DNA of 64,000 nt from Macrostomum lignano. Lineage: Eukaryota. The stretch spans positions 411,436 through 475,435 of the forward strand of contig NIVC01000390.1 of the NCBI GenBank assembly GCA_002269645.1, read 5' to 3'. The translations under genes were made by a program, and so were the position numbers. Shown here piece after piece: positions 1 to 34,413 of the stretch. The notes below the pieces were generated by a model. The model did no database searches. It was not told the origin of the DNA and saw only the letters and a list, made by a program, of their open reading frames with translations. Position 1 is the first letter of the stretch. The number at the start of each line of letters is the position of its first letter.

Positions 1-1
1 T

Positions 2-9060
<9,059 letters not shown>

Positions 9061-9169
9061 TTGTAGCTACTCACCGCAATCTGTGCGTTGTAGTTCTTCA
9101 GTTCCTTTTTTGGGGTGTTGGCTTACTAGCTTTTAAATATGTAGCTAGCAGGAACTATGAGCTGTGTAG

Positions 9170-9583
9170 AGCCGCGGCAGTCAGTGACGCACTATAGAGT
9201 GACACATGCCATGCCGCGGCAGTCAGTGACGCACTATAGAGTGACACATGCCATGCCGCGGCAGTCAGTGACGCACTAAAGAGTGACACATGCCATGCCG
9301 CGGCAGTCAGTGACGCACTATAGAGTGACACATGCCATGCCGCGGCAGTCAGTGACGCACTAAAGAGTGACACATGCCATGCCGCGGCAGTCAGTGACGC
9401 ACTATAGAGTGACACATGCCATGCCGCGGCAGTCAGTGACGCACTAAAGAGTGACACATGCCATGCCGCGGCAGTCAGTGACGCACTATAGAGTGACACA
9501 TGCCATGCCGCGGCAGTCAGTGACGCACTAAAGAGTGACACATGCCATGCCGCGGCAGTCAGTGACGCACTAAAGAGTGACAC
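9170..9583. repeat. Minisatellite, 42-bp unit, just 3' of the TMF1 stop
   Basis: GCCGCGGCAGTCAGTGACGCACTATAGAGTGACACATGCCAT, about 10 copies. Confidence 0.97.
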
Positions 9584-10514
9584 AATGTCATTCTGTTATT
9601 ATTCTTGTCAATGTACCTATTGGATTGTTACTGTCCAATAGATGCAGTTAGTTACTATGCGTGAATGTGACCATATTTGTAAATCGCAACTGGGGATCTT
9701 GAATCCCATACACATTGCCAGCACTGTATTGTTACATCCTGATCTTTAATCTGTGATACTCAAATATTTTACTCCCAGCTTTGGTGGTGTAGTGCCCGAT
9801 AGAAATTCAATATACAGAACTTGACTACTTTAATATAACTATCTATATACTACTCGTGTAGCCTGGCCGTATAAGTAGTAGTGGGGTTGAAATGAATTCG
9901 CGCTGCCAAAACTTAATTAGTATTTTTGCGGTGCTGCGCACTGTGACCGGGCCGGCACTTTAAGAGCAACTATGTTAGGCTTTGCTAGCCATTATTTCTT
10001 ATTGTCTTTCCCGTTTAAATAACTGCTTGTTTCTTTATTAATTGTAATATTTGTCTCTCTGTTATATTTTGTTCTGTACTATTGGTTAAGTTGGGTTTAA
10101 ATTTTATTAATAATATAATAATGTTTCATTATACATTCATGTACTAGTATGTATTGGTGAGTGCATGCACATTTTCATAAGTGTTTAATGCATAACAACC
10201 TAATGTAACCTCTGCTTTCTGTGTTTACTTTGGTGTGCCATGTATGCAGCTCCGCTTTCGCGATGAACTTCTTGATGCCACTGTGGATTTATTTATTTAT
10301 TTTTCTTATGATATCGAAAGAATTGTAATGTACACTTATGTGTCTTTGCTGACAATTATGTTTCATATATATATATATATACTCGATGCTCATTATGTGA
10401 TTTTCTGTTCCATTTCAACCGCACCCAGTTACCATGCACACCTAACACAAATTTAATCTGTCTTATATTGAACTCGCTTAATAAGGAAAAGAATAAGACA
10501 GTCCGTGCTTCCTC

Positions 10515-11183
10515 CCTCACCCTCCCTGATTGTCCCTCACCCTCTCTGACTGTCTCTCACCCTCTCTGACTGTCCTTCGCTCTCTATAACTGTCCCTCAC
10601 CCAGTCACCCTCTCTGACTGTCTCTCACCCTCTCTGACTGTCCTTCGCCCTCTATAACTGTCCCTCACCCAGTCACCCTCTCTGACTGTCTCTCACCCTC
10701 TCTGACTGTCCCTCACCCTCTCTGATTGTCCCTCACCCTCTCTGATTGTCCCTCACCCTCTCTGACTGTCCCTCACCCTCCCTGATTGTCCTTCACCCTC
10801 TATGACTGTCCCTCACCCTCTCTGATTGTCCCTCACCCAGTCACCCTCTATGACTGTCTCTCACCCTCTATGACTGTCTCTCACCCTCTCTGACTGTCCT
10901 TCGCCCTCTCTGACTGTCCGTCGCCCTCTATTATTGTCCCTCACCCAGTCACCCTCTCTGACTGTCTCTCACCCTCTCTGACTGTCTCTCACCCTCTCTG
11001 ACTGTCCTTCGCCCTCTCTGACTGTCCGTCGCCCTCTATTATTGTCCCTCACCCAGTCACCCTCTCTGACTGTCCCTCACCCTCTCTGATTGTCCCTCAC
11101 CCTCTCTGACTGTCCCTCACCCTCTCTGACTGTCATTCACCCTCTATGACTGTCTCTCACCCTCTCTGACTGTCCCTCACCTT
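10515..11183. repeat. Minisatellite, ~20-bp pyrimidine-rich unit
   Basis: CTCACCCTCTCTGACTGTCC and variants. Confidence 0.95.
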
Positions 11184-14100
11184 TTGCTATCTGAACGCTT
11201 GTCAACTGAGCCACGCTTGTCCAGCTGTTTGGCAATGATCGGTATACTCGTGAGAGAATAAAACGGCAAATAAGCAGTAATTTTATATCTATATGCCATC
11301 TGAAAATTTTCCTAAATCGGCAGTTATTCTTAGCGAAATTTCGAAGCCTATATAAATACAGTAGGTGATAGTTGACTCAGCCCCACACGCGTGCAGGAAG
11401 TGCCACAGAAGTGGCCTCCAACTCCCGCCCCCCACGTGGGCCTTTGTGCTCCTGTCTCCCCCCCCCCGAGTCGTTAATGTCGACTTGGTTGCCATAAAAG
11501 GGGAGTTGTGCCAGGCCAGGAACAGGAAACGCCCGGCTTTTGGCGCAGATCCTCCAGCCCAACTTGTATTGCCGCCAATGCCACCTGTGTTTGCTCGCCT
11601 GGACTCATTTTCGCTCCCCATCCCCCATCTCGCCTCCATCTCTGGGGTCTCAAGGGGGCGCTGAGCTGGCCGCAATCTCCAGTTGCCATAGCTCCGCGGG
11701 CCCGCTCTTTTGCTCGCTCTCAGCTCTTGTGGGGCCGTCTTTGTCGTCATCGTCTGGAGCAGTTCAGTCGCTTCTTGCTTTCCTTTCTCTCTGTTGGCAT
11801 TGCGTAATAGGCTGTCATAGTCTTTGAGATCTCCCTTGCACGCGAGATGAAGCTAACAAGGAATGAGGCTGCAGACTGCGCGAGAAAAATGTGAATCTAA
11901 TTTTTTTCCCAATCGTCTGTTTTAGCGACAGTGACGAGAAGACTGTTGAGAGACGATGCGAGTGCGGTGGACTGGGAAACAAAGAGCAGTCACAGTACTT
12001 GGGCTATTAATTAGACGCGAGGTATGCGGCTTCGCGGATAGACCAAATTGTGAGTCACTGCCTAGAGGACAGAGAAGGGACATGACAAACAATGTGTTGT
12101 CTTCCGTCTCTCCACAAAATTTAAAATCACACCTCTTTAAAACTACTGGTATGCATGCATTACCAAATTTTTTCATTAACACTACCCTTCCTTTAATTAA
12201 GAGATTCTGGCAGCACTGCAGAAACAAAACGTATTAAATTCCTGAAATGGTAAAAACCATGACAACGTCGTAAAGCGAGCGTTTTACAACGGTGAGCTCG
12301 AGATTTCACATCGTCAAAAACTCTTGCGAGTCACTCCCACTTAAGCTGCTTCGACATCGTGAAGTTTCTATAATGTGATGTTACTGAGTTTCAACAAGCA
12401 AGACTTCTCGACAACGTGAAATTTTGGAGCAAGCTTAGTAAGCATCTTTAATTGAAAGTTCAGATGCAATGCTAAATGCAGTAGAATTTGTGTTGTGCGT
12501 CGGTGATGCAGTCTGCTCGCCTACTAAGGACTGCATCGATGATCAGATTTTATGACTAGTTGGGATACTGTGTGCGGGCATTGTAGCTTCTTATAGGCTC
12601 CTCCACAGTATATCGATCGCTATCAGCTATGTTCTATCCGTTGCGTTTCTAAAGCCTCGATCAATCAAAGTTTTAACATGCGAGGCGCGCGCGCGCAAAG
12701 CTGCAGGGTCCCAAAGCCTGCTGAACATACTGAGTATTGTGTTGCAAGGCATGCTGCAGGGTACAAGCGGAGGTCACTGCTGGCTCATACGCCTTCAAGC
12801 CTTACAAAAGCTGAATGGAGGCCGCAGAGATCAAGTCAAGTCCGATTCGAGCGGAGACGTTCGAATGCGTCTCAAAAAGACATTTTGTTGCGCGCTCCTT
12901 CGGCTGGGACCAAGCTTGCTTAGAGGGCTTCCTGGATGCAAATTAACTTGCGGGCCTCCGGGCTCCGGCTTGCGCTTACGTAAGCGGCACCGCAGGGGGA
13001 TCTCCCAGCTGCTTTCCAGACTCTCCCCTGCATCTCCTATGCAATGGAAATTTTTTTATGGGCTAGGCCTAACAAAGCCTTAACCTTCTTGCCGTGCCAC
13101 TCTCACTCTCGGCCTATCAGTTCGCCCTGCATGGCCCTTTAACCTCTTCGCGTAAACAGTTTTCCCAGCAGGGGGTGGGGGCGGGCGGATTCGAGATCCC
13201 CGGCTGCGAATCGGCCAGTTGCCCCCCTACGGTGTCACGGCCTCGCCCCCCAGCGGCCCAACCCCATCAGTCTATACGCTAGATTACGTGATCCCTTGGT
13301 AACAAGCAGTATATTTTGGCATTAATCTCTGCTTCACTCACTCTCCCTCTTTCTTGCCTGATAGCCTAGAGAGGAGCCGCTGCATGGTTACCTGAATATA
13401 TATCAGCTAACTGTTAGTCAATATCCCCTGTGGGAACGAGTGAATCGGCGAAATGACAGGCTATAGCCTATATACATGCATGTAGGCTCATTCTGCTGGA
13501 GCCATTCCACGAGCCGTAACGGCTGATGGCTAACCCAGAGACTAGTATCTGCGACTAAAATATTGAATAATTTTGCTGGCTATACATGTAACTGCCTAAT
13601 AATGTGCTTCGCTCTAGGCTACAGTTTGTATCTTTCTGATGTTATATCGTTTTAAGACTGCCAATCATATTCAACCAATTTTTGTACTTAATTCGTCTAT
13701 GGTCAAAACACCGTCTATGTTTCGTGCCACATGCAGGCACAGGCAGAGCATCGAATTTAAGACACAGAGCAGTTCTTTTTTTAAAGTAAAATCCCTTTCA
13801 GTCGAATTTGCAAGCTGTTATGTATAGGATATTCGATGGCTCTCGGGATGGCCTTCGGCTCTCGGGATTTAATCACATACCGACCTCAAACCCATAGAAT
13901 ATCGTATTTAAACTACTTTAATTTTGCCGGAGCCATACTTGTATGTCTATGGTTGAAGTTGGGGATGTGGGGGTGTGGGGGCGAAGAAATTTTTCGAGTC
14001 ACGAAGGAAGAGGAGAGAGAAGCTCGCTTATTTAGGTACATACAATAATCCTTGCAATATGTCTGGGAAAGTGATCGATTGAATCCCGCAAAATAAAATC

Positions 14101-15034
14101 TATGTCAATAACCTCCCTGAAAGTGAGCTTTAAATTGGTTTAATTTACCATAGACGAAAAGTCGAAGATGTAATTTATAATTTAACGGGATTTATCTTGT
14201 ATAATTTCAGGCTCTTAGAAACATAAGAAAAATTAAAAGCATTAAGCATTAGAAGCCATAGACGACAAATATTATTTTCACAACCTTCTTACCATAGATT
14301 AGAAGAGGGCTCTGCCCCACACCCCCGCAAGGGGGCTAACCGCCATCTTGACCCCGCAATGCAGTGCCATAGACAAATGTCACATGTTCCGAGATTTATT
14401 AGGTTAAATCCCAGAAAAGGAAGGAATTTATGTGAGACCTGCCCGCCGTGCAAATGGAGCTGGAGAGTCCACACCAGACGAACTCAATCTACAGGATTGG
14501 GGACGGGGTTCCATGGTGCTGAAAAGAATCGCAGAGTCCTGCATGGATGTCATCACGGTTGCCAAGAGTGCAGTCTGGTTTGCTCACACACTGCGCTTCC
14601 TACCCCACTGATTGGCCCGTGAAAACATCTGATTGAGCACACATTTGGTCTGACAGCTTAGTCACAGTTGCAGTTGCAGACTTTCTGCGTCACAAAATAC
14701 ACATTTTTTGTCTAATGTCTCTGACTTTTAAGTCTGAATTCAACTGCTCTATGTCTGAAATTCAATGCTCTCCCCATACTCAGTTTTGGCCATAGACAAT
14801 CGCCGAGGTTGAATATGGCTGGCCGTGTGTTAAATTCAATGCTCGACTTCTTAAGTAAAATGAAAAACGCTATATGAGCATATTAAATCACTAACTCTGC
14901 TTGTAATCGTATTTTTTCATGTCTACCCTACTTACTGAGATTAGCCTTCCTGCAAACAGATTCTATAAAAAGCAGCCTTACTGCATGCAAACATTCTCCT
15001 CCCAAACAGTGTCTCGTTCTGATCGACTCCCTGC

Positions 15035-15447
15035 AACTAACCTGACAGACAACTCCCTGCAACTAACCTGACAGACAGGCTCCCTGTAACTAACCTGACA
15101 GACAACTCCCTGCAACTAACCTGACAGACAGAGCTCCCTGCAACTAACCTGACAGACAGAGCTCCCTGTAACTAACCTGACAGACAACTCCCTGCAACTA
15201 ACCTGACAGACAGAGCTCCCTGCAACTAACCTGACAGACAGAGCTCCCTGCAACTAACCTGACAGACAGAGCTCCCTGCAACTAACCTGACAGACAACTC
15301 CCTGCAACTAACCTGACAGACAGAGCTCCCTGCAACTAACCTGACAGACAGAGCTCCCTGCAACTAACCTGACAGACAGAGCTCCCTGCAACTAACCTGA
15401 CAGACAGAGCTCCCTGCAACTAACCTGACAGACAGGCTCCCTGCAAG
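15035..15447. repeat. Minisatellite, 25/28-bp units
   Basis: CTCCCTGCAACTAACCTGACAGACAGAG. Confidence 0.95.
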
Positions 15448-16044
15448 AACCTTCTGACCGACAGACTCCCTTCATAAACCCGTACATGTTTATGAAAGCT
15501 CATTTCAATAAACATGCGTTTGTGACTCAGTTGCAGCGCTATCTCCGTAGAGACGAATCCGGTAGCAAAGTTGTAGCAATTAATAAGTGTCGTGCGAATT
15601 GTCGAGCTGTCTGTCAATCAGTATTGTCTACAACTGAATCTCTTTTGAAGCAGCTTATTCACACTGCGATTTGATTAAATTACCTGCTTCTGTTGGATAG
15701 TAACTTTTCATAATTAAATTAGTAATTTTGGCGCATGCAACAAAAAGTGAGCTACGAGTCGTATAGGCATTGTCCCTGGTGGACAGGCTCCGGCCTGTCG
15801 AAATTAGGAAGTGCTTCTTGAGAAATGACCCAACCCATTGTCAGAATTGGCGACACTCGAGCTGGAAGCGTGGATACATAAATAACAAAATTAAAAATTC
15901 GCACAATACTCGCGCTGCGATGCCAAGCTGCCCTCGGCCGCCCCAAAAAATTACAATTATCGGTGTCTGTGCGTCCAATGTAACCATGCCATACAAGGGA
16001 ATCACGACAGGCTGAAGAAAAATACTGAGATGGTAAACTTCAGG

Positions 16045-17290
16045 ACAGGGACACCAACCTGAGAACAGGGACACCAGCTTTAAGACAGGGACACCAAGCT
16101 TAGGGCAGAAACACCAACTTTAAGACAGGTACACCAACCTCAGGGCAGAAACACCAACTTTAAGACAGGTACACCAACCTCAGGGCAGAAACACCAACTT
16201 TAAGACAGGTACACCAACCTCAGGGCAGAAACACCAACTTTAAGACAGGTTCATCAACCTCAGGGCAGAAGCACCAACTTCAAGACAGGTACAACAAGCT
16301 CAAGGCAGAAGCACCAACTTCAAGACAGTGACAACAAGCTCAAGGCAGAAGCACCAACTTCAAGACAGGTACACCAACCTCAGGGCAGAAGCACCAACTT
16401 CAAGACAGGTACACCAACCTCAGGGCAGAAACACCAACTTTAAGACAGGTACACCAACCTCAGGGCAGAAACACCAACTTTAAGACAGGTACACCAACCT
16501 CAGGGCAGAAACACCAACTTTAAGACAGGTACACCAACCTCAGGGCAGAAACACCAACTTTAAGACAGGTACACCAACCTCAGGGCAGAAACACCAACTT
16601 TAAGACAGGTACACCAACCTCAGGGCAGAAACACCAACTTTAAGACAGGTACACCAACCTCAGGGCAGAAACACCAACTTTAAGACAGGTACACCAACCT
16701 CAGGGCAGAAACACCAACTTTAAGACAGGTTCATCAACCTCAGGGCAGAAGCACCAACTTTAAGACAGGTACACCAACCTCAGGGCAGAAACACCAACTT
16801 TAAGACAGGTACACCAACCTCAGGGCAGAAACACCAACTTTAAGACAGGTTCATCAACCTCAGGGCAGAAACACCAACTTTAAGACAGGTACACCAACCT
16901 CAGGGCAGAAACACCAACTTTAAGACAGGTTCATCAACCTCAGGGCAGAAGCACCAACTTCAAGACAGGTTCATCAACCTCAGGGCAGAAACACCAACTT
17001 TAAGACAGGTACACCAACCTCAGGGCAGAAACACCAACTTTAAGACAGGTACACCAACCTCAGGGCAGAAACACCAACTTTAAGACAGGTACACCAACCT
17101 CAGGGCAGAAGCACCAACTTTAAGACAGGTTCATCAACCTCAGGGCAGAAGCACCAACTTCAAGACAGTAACACCAAGCTCAGGGCAGAAGCACCAACTT
17201 CAAGACAGTAACACCAAGCTCAGGGCAGAAGCACCAACTTCAAGACAGGTACACCAAGCTCAGGGCAGAAGCACCAACTTCAAGACAGAG
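16045..17290. repeat. Minisatellite, 40-bp unit (dimer of diverged 20-mers)
   Basis: ACACCAACTTTAAGACAGGT-ACACCAACCTCAGGGCAGAA. Confidence 0.97.
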
Positions 17291-18119
17291 AGGCCAGCTT
17301 CAGCAGAAGGTCGTCACTTCAGGATTAGAATATCTGACATCAGAACCTCAGAACAACTTAATTTAACGCAGGGAATTCAGTTTCAATCAACTACGGTACC
17401 CATTAGGATACGCTGGCTGTTTAATGAAGCTTGAGTAGCAATTTATTGAGCTGATTCTCATTGAATTCAATGAGCCCTCAGCCGCCTCACTGAGCCATTC
17501 AATTCATTCTTGCGCAGTTTTTGAAGCCAAAATGAACAATGGAAACGCTAATGCTGGCCGATCAATCAGCCCATTTCTGGCGCAACAAGGGCCATTCAAA
17601 AGAATTTAGCTTTCTAGAACTGCAGGCTATCGAGTGCTGAAAACTTTGATATAGCAATTCATTGAAGCTGTTATGTCACGGGTCTCTGGACGCATATTTT
17701 TGGAAAGGCTGGCCTAATCCCCCATTAATCCTCTTTCTGCTAGCAAAAGAGCCAATATATCAAGTGGAGCAGGACGTAACAATAACCCAGGTAGAGAGAG
17801 CTCTCAGCTTGCGGGGCATTAATATCTTGACAGGAGATCGCTGTGCGGGCGAGCAAAATATAATAAATGAATTTGTCAGAACCATTCGGACAATAGGTAT
17901 AGAATGAAAATTCTGCGGGTCCATTCGTGGACCATATGTGGGCAAACATCCTGCATGGGTGTGAGCTCTTCCTTTACGGATGCCTGCTTGGGACACCGGG
18001 TTGGAGAGCTTTGACAGGAAATGGGAGCTTGAAACTTTTTAGACTGCGATTTCTTTGCTTTTCCTGCGTAGTACGAGCATATTTGTAAATATAGTCTCGG
18101 AGCAGCTTATGTCATAGAG

Positions 18120-19560
18120 GTGGAGATGGGAGCTGTAAGAGTGGGGAGTGGGAGCTGTAAGAATGGGGAATGGGAGCTGTTAGGAAAGGGAGATGGGAGC
18201 TGTAAGAGTGGGGAATGGGAGCTGTTAGGAAAGGGAGATGGGAGCTGTAAGAGTGGGGAATGGGAGCTGTTAGGAAAGGGAGATGGGAGCTGTAAGAGTG
18301 GGGAATGGGAGCTGTTAGGAAAGGGAGATGGGAGCTGTAGGAGAGGGAGGTGGGAGCTGTAGGAGAGGGAGGTGGAAGCTGTAGGAGAGGGAGATGGGAG
18401 CTGTAGGAAAGGGAGATGGGAGTTGCAGGAAAGGGAGATGGGAGCTGCAGGAAAGGGAGATGGGAGCTGCAGGAAAGGGCGATGGGAGCTGTAGGAAAGG
18501 GAGATGGGAGCTGCAGGAAAGGGAGATGGGAGCTGTAGGAAAGGGAGATGGGAGCTGCAGGAAAGGGAGATGGGAGCTGTAGGAAAGGGAGATGGGAGCT
18601 GTTAGGAAAGGGAGATGGAGCTGTAAGAGTGGGGAATGGGAGCTGTTAGGAAAGGGAGATGGGAGCTGTAGGAGAGGGAGGTGGGAGCTGTAGGAGAGGG
18701 AGGTGGAAGCTGTAGGAGAGGGAGATGGGAGCTGTAGGAAAGGGAGATGGGAGCTGCAGGAAAGGGAGATGGGAGCTGTAGGAAAGGGAGATGGGAGCTG
18801 CAGGAAAGGGCGATGGGAGCTGTAGGAAAGGGAGATGGGAGCTGCAGGAAAGGGCGATGGGAGCTGTAGGAAAGGGAGATGGGAGCTGTAGGAAAGGGAG
18901 ATGGGAGCTGCAGGAAAGGGAGATGGGAGCTGCAGGAAAGGGCGATGGGAGCTGTAGGAAAGGGAGATGGGAGCTGCAGGAAAGGGAGATGGGAGCTGTA
19001 GGAAAGGGAGATGGGAGCTGCAGGAAAGGGAGATGGGAGCTGCAGGAAAGGGAGATGGGAGCTGCAGGAAAGGGAGATGGGAGCTGCAGGAAAGGGAGAT
19101 GGGAGCTGTAGGAAAGGGAGATGGGAGCTGCAGGAAAGGGAGATGGGAGCTGCAGGAAAGGGAGGTGGGAGCTGTAGGAAAGGGAGATGGGAGCTGCAGG
19201 AAAGGGAGATGGGAGCTGTAGGAAAGGGAGATGGGAGCTGCAGGAAAGGGAGATGGGAGCTGTAGGATAGGGAGATGGGAGCTGCAGGAAAGGGAGATGG
19301 AAGCTGTAGGATAGGGAGATGGGAGCTGTAGGAGAGGGAGGTGGGAGCTGTAGGAGAGGGAGGTGGGAGCTGTAGGAGAGGGAGGTGGGAGCTGTAGGAG
19401 AGGGAGGTGGGAGCTGTAGAAGAGGGAGATGGGAGCTGTAGGAGAGGGAGATGGGAGCTGTAGGAGAGGGAGGTGGGAGCTGTAGGAGAGGGAGGTGGGA
19501 GCTGTAGAAGAGGGAGATGGGAGCTGTAGGAGAGGGAGATGGGAGCTGTAGGAGAGGGAG
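18120..19560. repeat. Minisatellite, 22-bp purine-rich unit
   Basis: GGGAGATGGGAGCTGTAGGAAA and variants. Confidence 0.97.
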
Positions 19561-22059
19561 TTGAAGCTTTAAGAAAGGGAATTGTGAGCTTTAAAAGATG
19601 GTTTAAACCAGATCTCGACCATCCATGCGCTTTCATCCCTGTTCTAGTTGTAGGAGCCATGGCTGGGGTTAGGGTTGCCTATCTGCCTGTTTTAGGTCAG
19701 TTTACGTTTGACGCGTATAGCCGATTCGTTTGAGCTGAGTGATGAACGAAAAAACGGCGGCAAAAACGCAGAGAGAGGATGGTAATATGCGGGCTGCACG
19801 CCTAAGCCGCATGTAGTGTACAGAGAGGGCTTGAGAGAGAGTTGGAGTCTAACTGCTGCTGCTGCTCCACCCTAAGCCCAAGATTCCACCTCACCCGTGC
19901 CTAAGCCCTTGCAGCAGTGGATGACGTAATCATGCATATAGCAGGGCTGGAGGGTATAAGGTCCTGCTATACGGTGTATGCTATGCTATATATTGCATGG
20001 TGGCTCTAGTTTGTGGGGGCGTGGGTGCGGCCTCCACACAGCAGCGCTGTGCTGATTGCATAACCTTAGGGAGGGGGGAGGGGCGGTCGGGCTTCCCGTT
20101 CCCACCACCCCAACCCCCATTTTCCCTGTCCGTCTCACAGCTGTGAAGTTTCTGCCCCTGACCTCAATCTGTCTTCTTTCGCTCTGTCTCTCTATACCCC
20201 TCTCTCTCCTCTATGCGCTCTCAAACACAACTGCTCAATGTAGACAGGCCTCGACTCTTCTTTCTTAGCTAGCTCTCTAACCAGTTCGATCTAGCTAAAA
20301 CGCAAAGGCTTTCATTTCCAATTTCCCCATGTTTCAATCAGAGATTAAGAGCTATTAATCCGGCTCATTGTGGACCGATCATCTTTTAGTTGTAAAACGG
20401 ATTCGTTATTAATGTTCTCTAGAGCACGTAATGTACTCACTGCTCTCACAGGGGGTATAGCTCGTACCTATGGTTGAGACGATAATCTTTGTTCATTTAG
20501 TTTTCTCTCAAGAAAATACAATATTAATTACGAGCTAGATATTGTATAGAGATGTAGAGATGTATATTTATTTGTTTTCTCTCTATGGAACCTCAGAACC
20601 TCAGATCTCACTCTACCGGTCTACCCACAGCAGCCGAACTTAAACAAAAACGGACGGGCACACCTACCTGCCTGATTTTAATTTCTTTTTTTTGCAATAT
20701 TATATGAGCCCCGAGCCGCGCCTGTTACGGAAGGCTTAAGTTACAGACAGGATTGTCACATAGTCTTCATCCTCTGCTGCGCGTAGTCTTTATTCGTTTT
20801 TTAAATGACACGCGGCAATTGTTTCTCTTTTTTCTCTCAGGGCGAAATCTGAGAGTGAGAGAGAATGATGATAGCATTGAGGCCAGGAAGGAAATCAATG
20901 CCAGCTGACGTTATCAGCGGTTTCAGCCAGCCTAACCCGTTGCCCCCTCAGTCGGCAGCTAAGACCTAACTCATTGACAAGACTTATACTGGCCTCTTTT
21001 TCCCTTCTCTTTATCCAGCCATTACTTGCTGCCGTTCCCAGCTGAGAGGCTTAACCCACCGGTCCCCCACCCCAGCTCCTCGTGTCTTATACTAAGGCTT
21101 TGGTTTTTGGGCGCGCCCCTCGAACACACACAAGAAGACGCGGTCCCAGGGCCTGTGTGTTCAACCCCTGCTCCCCCTCCACACCAAAAAGCCTTTGTGG
21201 CGGGGGTGGAAGGCAGACGAACTAACCTACATTGTTACGTAATCGCTCACATGGCCCGGTGCTGAATCACCCTCTCGGGTCTGGCCAAATTTTTGGGAAA
21301 GGATAGGGCAAAGGGGTGGGGGTAGGGACGGGCGTGTGGAGAGAGATGTGAAGGGCTGGCTGGGGTCTCTCAGTGCAGCTTTGGGCCCCGATCAGGTCAG
21401 GCCTGCGCGGGGGTGGGGTTTGGGGCAGGCGGACCGCGCCCGGCCCAGATGTACATAGCCACCCACCCCATTCTCACTCCCAGACGTCCAATTAGATAGT
21501 GGGTTTTCAACCAGAACCCTCTTCCATCTCCAATTCCTTCGCTCGCCCTCTCTTTGCACGGGAGCATATTTAAAACCCGAGGCCAGGGCTCCCTTTAGGT
21601 GCAGCTAAAGTGGTTCTAGCTATCAAAAGAACGCTTAGAAAAATTCGAGATTGTTAGATTTTCAGAAATTTTTGTTAAAACAGCTCTCATTAAACTGTAC
21701 ACAGTTACTGTGTACATTACACTGTAGCAAACTAATACCCATTGCTCTTTCTAAACGTAGTATTTCGAAATCGCATAAATATAACTTCAGTTGAGTATTT
21801 GTGCAAGCACAGTTAATAGCTCGACATCACTGCGCCAGTGCGACCATTACTAAAGGTACGTTAACGTAATATACACGTACGAATCAATGTAGCTAATGGT
21901 ATTTTGTTTTACCAAACTAATTTCAATAATCCCAATATATCATATCCACACAAACCCTTCTATTCGTTTCAGCGAACCTTCCATCCGCCCACTCCACTAC
22001 ATCTGGATCCCCGAGCGCGTAACACCAGTGTCCCTTTTTATACGTTTTTAAAAGCTTTT

Positions 22060-32815
<10,756 letters not shown>

Positions 32816-34413
32816 CAGCCTCTGGTTTACACTCATCAGCAGTTATCAATAGTGCATCTGGTCATCGTCTATTTAAATTCCTGATTAAGTTTCTTAAAAG
32901 GACCTTTCGTTGGTCTCCTGAACGCGCGTTCGTTTGTTTGTTGTTTTTAAACTGAAAATTGCACTTAAATAACTGCAGTGTTATCCGCCAGTAGCCATAT
33001 TGTCTCGCATGCGCACACATCAATCCCGTTGAAAACGTTACCGTGACAAGAATCGCTAAAAAGCCTTTGCAAACAACTCACTAGTGACTCTAGCGACTCC
33101 GAGGGGACTCTCGTGACTCGTGGCAGAGTCGCAGAACAATAAAATGCCTCGAATTGGCTCTTGGGTAACTTTTGACGACTTTTTGGCGACTTGTACCGTC
33201 ACATCTCGTTGTTCTAGAGTCGTGTAGAGTCACTTCTTTCCTATTTTTTTACCTGCGTTACCTGCAAATCACGCAAGTGACTCCGGGACGCTTCTTGGCC
33301 TGGGTACCGTTTTGATGGGGAATCATAGAGTAGCGTACGAATTCATATCCATCCGATTATTGAAAATTGATCATATCATGCTTGTTTTTAACTCACTTTC
33401 TCACTTCTATACGTTAGTTCTTTAGCCTTAATCAGCTTCAGATTCACTGAATTTCTATGGTAATCCGCCCGTGACGACAAGCTGAGCAAGAATTCCCTCT
33501 ATGACTTCAATTGCTGCGTGTTGCTACTTACAGTGATATGAATTGTTTGTTTTTGCCCAAATTTGACAAAATAGCAAAACTTTGCAGTCACATTATTAAG
33601 CCCCATGACGTCTGCTGCTGCTCTCTTTGACCTGTTGTTTTCTATTGTTACCTTCGCTTAGTAAATCGAATTTGCTGATTAATTCATTATATTTATACAT
33701 ATATATTTGCGCTCTTTATTAATTAACCGTATTTTAAACACACAGCATCCGTACTCTGAAAAGTTACACACACACAAATTTCTGTTTATATTTAGTTTTT
33801 ATTGTTAATTGCGACTTGAACTGCAATTCTAGCCTGACCACTCTCTGTTTTTAATTGCAACGAAAACAATTCTCCTTGATTTTGTTTTCGTTCCGGTGCG
33901 CAACATTAATTAGGTCGCGATGCCCTACTGTTAGTAGCAAAATTTGCCCAATCAGATTTCGAATTTGTTATGCGACATTTGTTCCCCACGCTTCGCTTCT
34001 CTCTTGGCTGTTCTGTTCTGTTATACTAACTGTTTCTTCAAAAATGTGTTTGGCTTTCAGCAAAGAGTCGCGCGAACTAAGGCGCACTACTTGTGCCCAG
34101 TAGTATGTGCGCGCCCGCTGTGTAACCGCCTCGCCCCGGTTTTCGCTGAACGCGATTCTCTGTCGGCTCTTTCACTACAATTAGAAAATAACAAAATTTT
34201 AGACGAAAAGCCTGCAACACAGACACAATTTGTTAGTTATCTTATATATACAAGTACTATATATTTGTAAAATGTTTTGCTATTAATTGTCATAATACAC
34301 ACAACACAGGCCAAGGCTGCCATGCGTTGGCCAAACTGCTCTAGAGTACATGTGCTCACTTGGATTTGGTGTCCGTTATTGCTTGCTCACAGTTTAATGG
34401 CTTGTCCGCCGGG

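Noticed and set aside
14359-14622. Cys/His-rich ORF loosely like a piggyBac C-terminal zinc finger
   Set aside because: Spacing is poor and there is no adjacent DDD transposase sequence, so it cannot be supported.
16045-17290. Regular arrays that could be mistaken for CRISPR (also 9170-9583, 22570-23490)
   Set aside because: No unique spacers, the units are directly tandem, the context is eukaryotic and there are no cas genes.
17662-17996. Short overlapping ORFs between satellites (also 15770-16015, 11956-12237)
   Set aside because: No recognisable motif and no consistent splice chain.
34322-34413. MRWPNC.. hydrophobic ORF as a possible first exon of the Venus-flytrap gene
   Set aside because: No donor site, and it hits a stop when the foldback element is removed. 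Exon 37061-37121 fits phase and signal-peptide criteria better.
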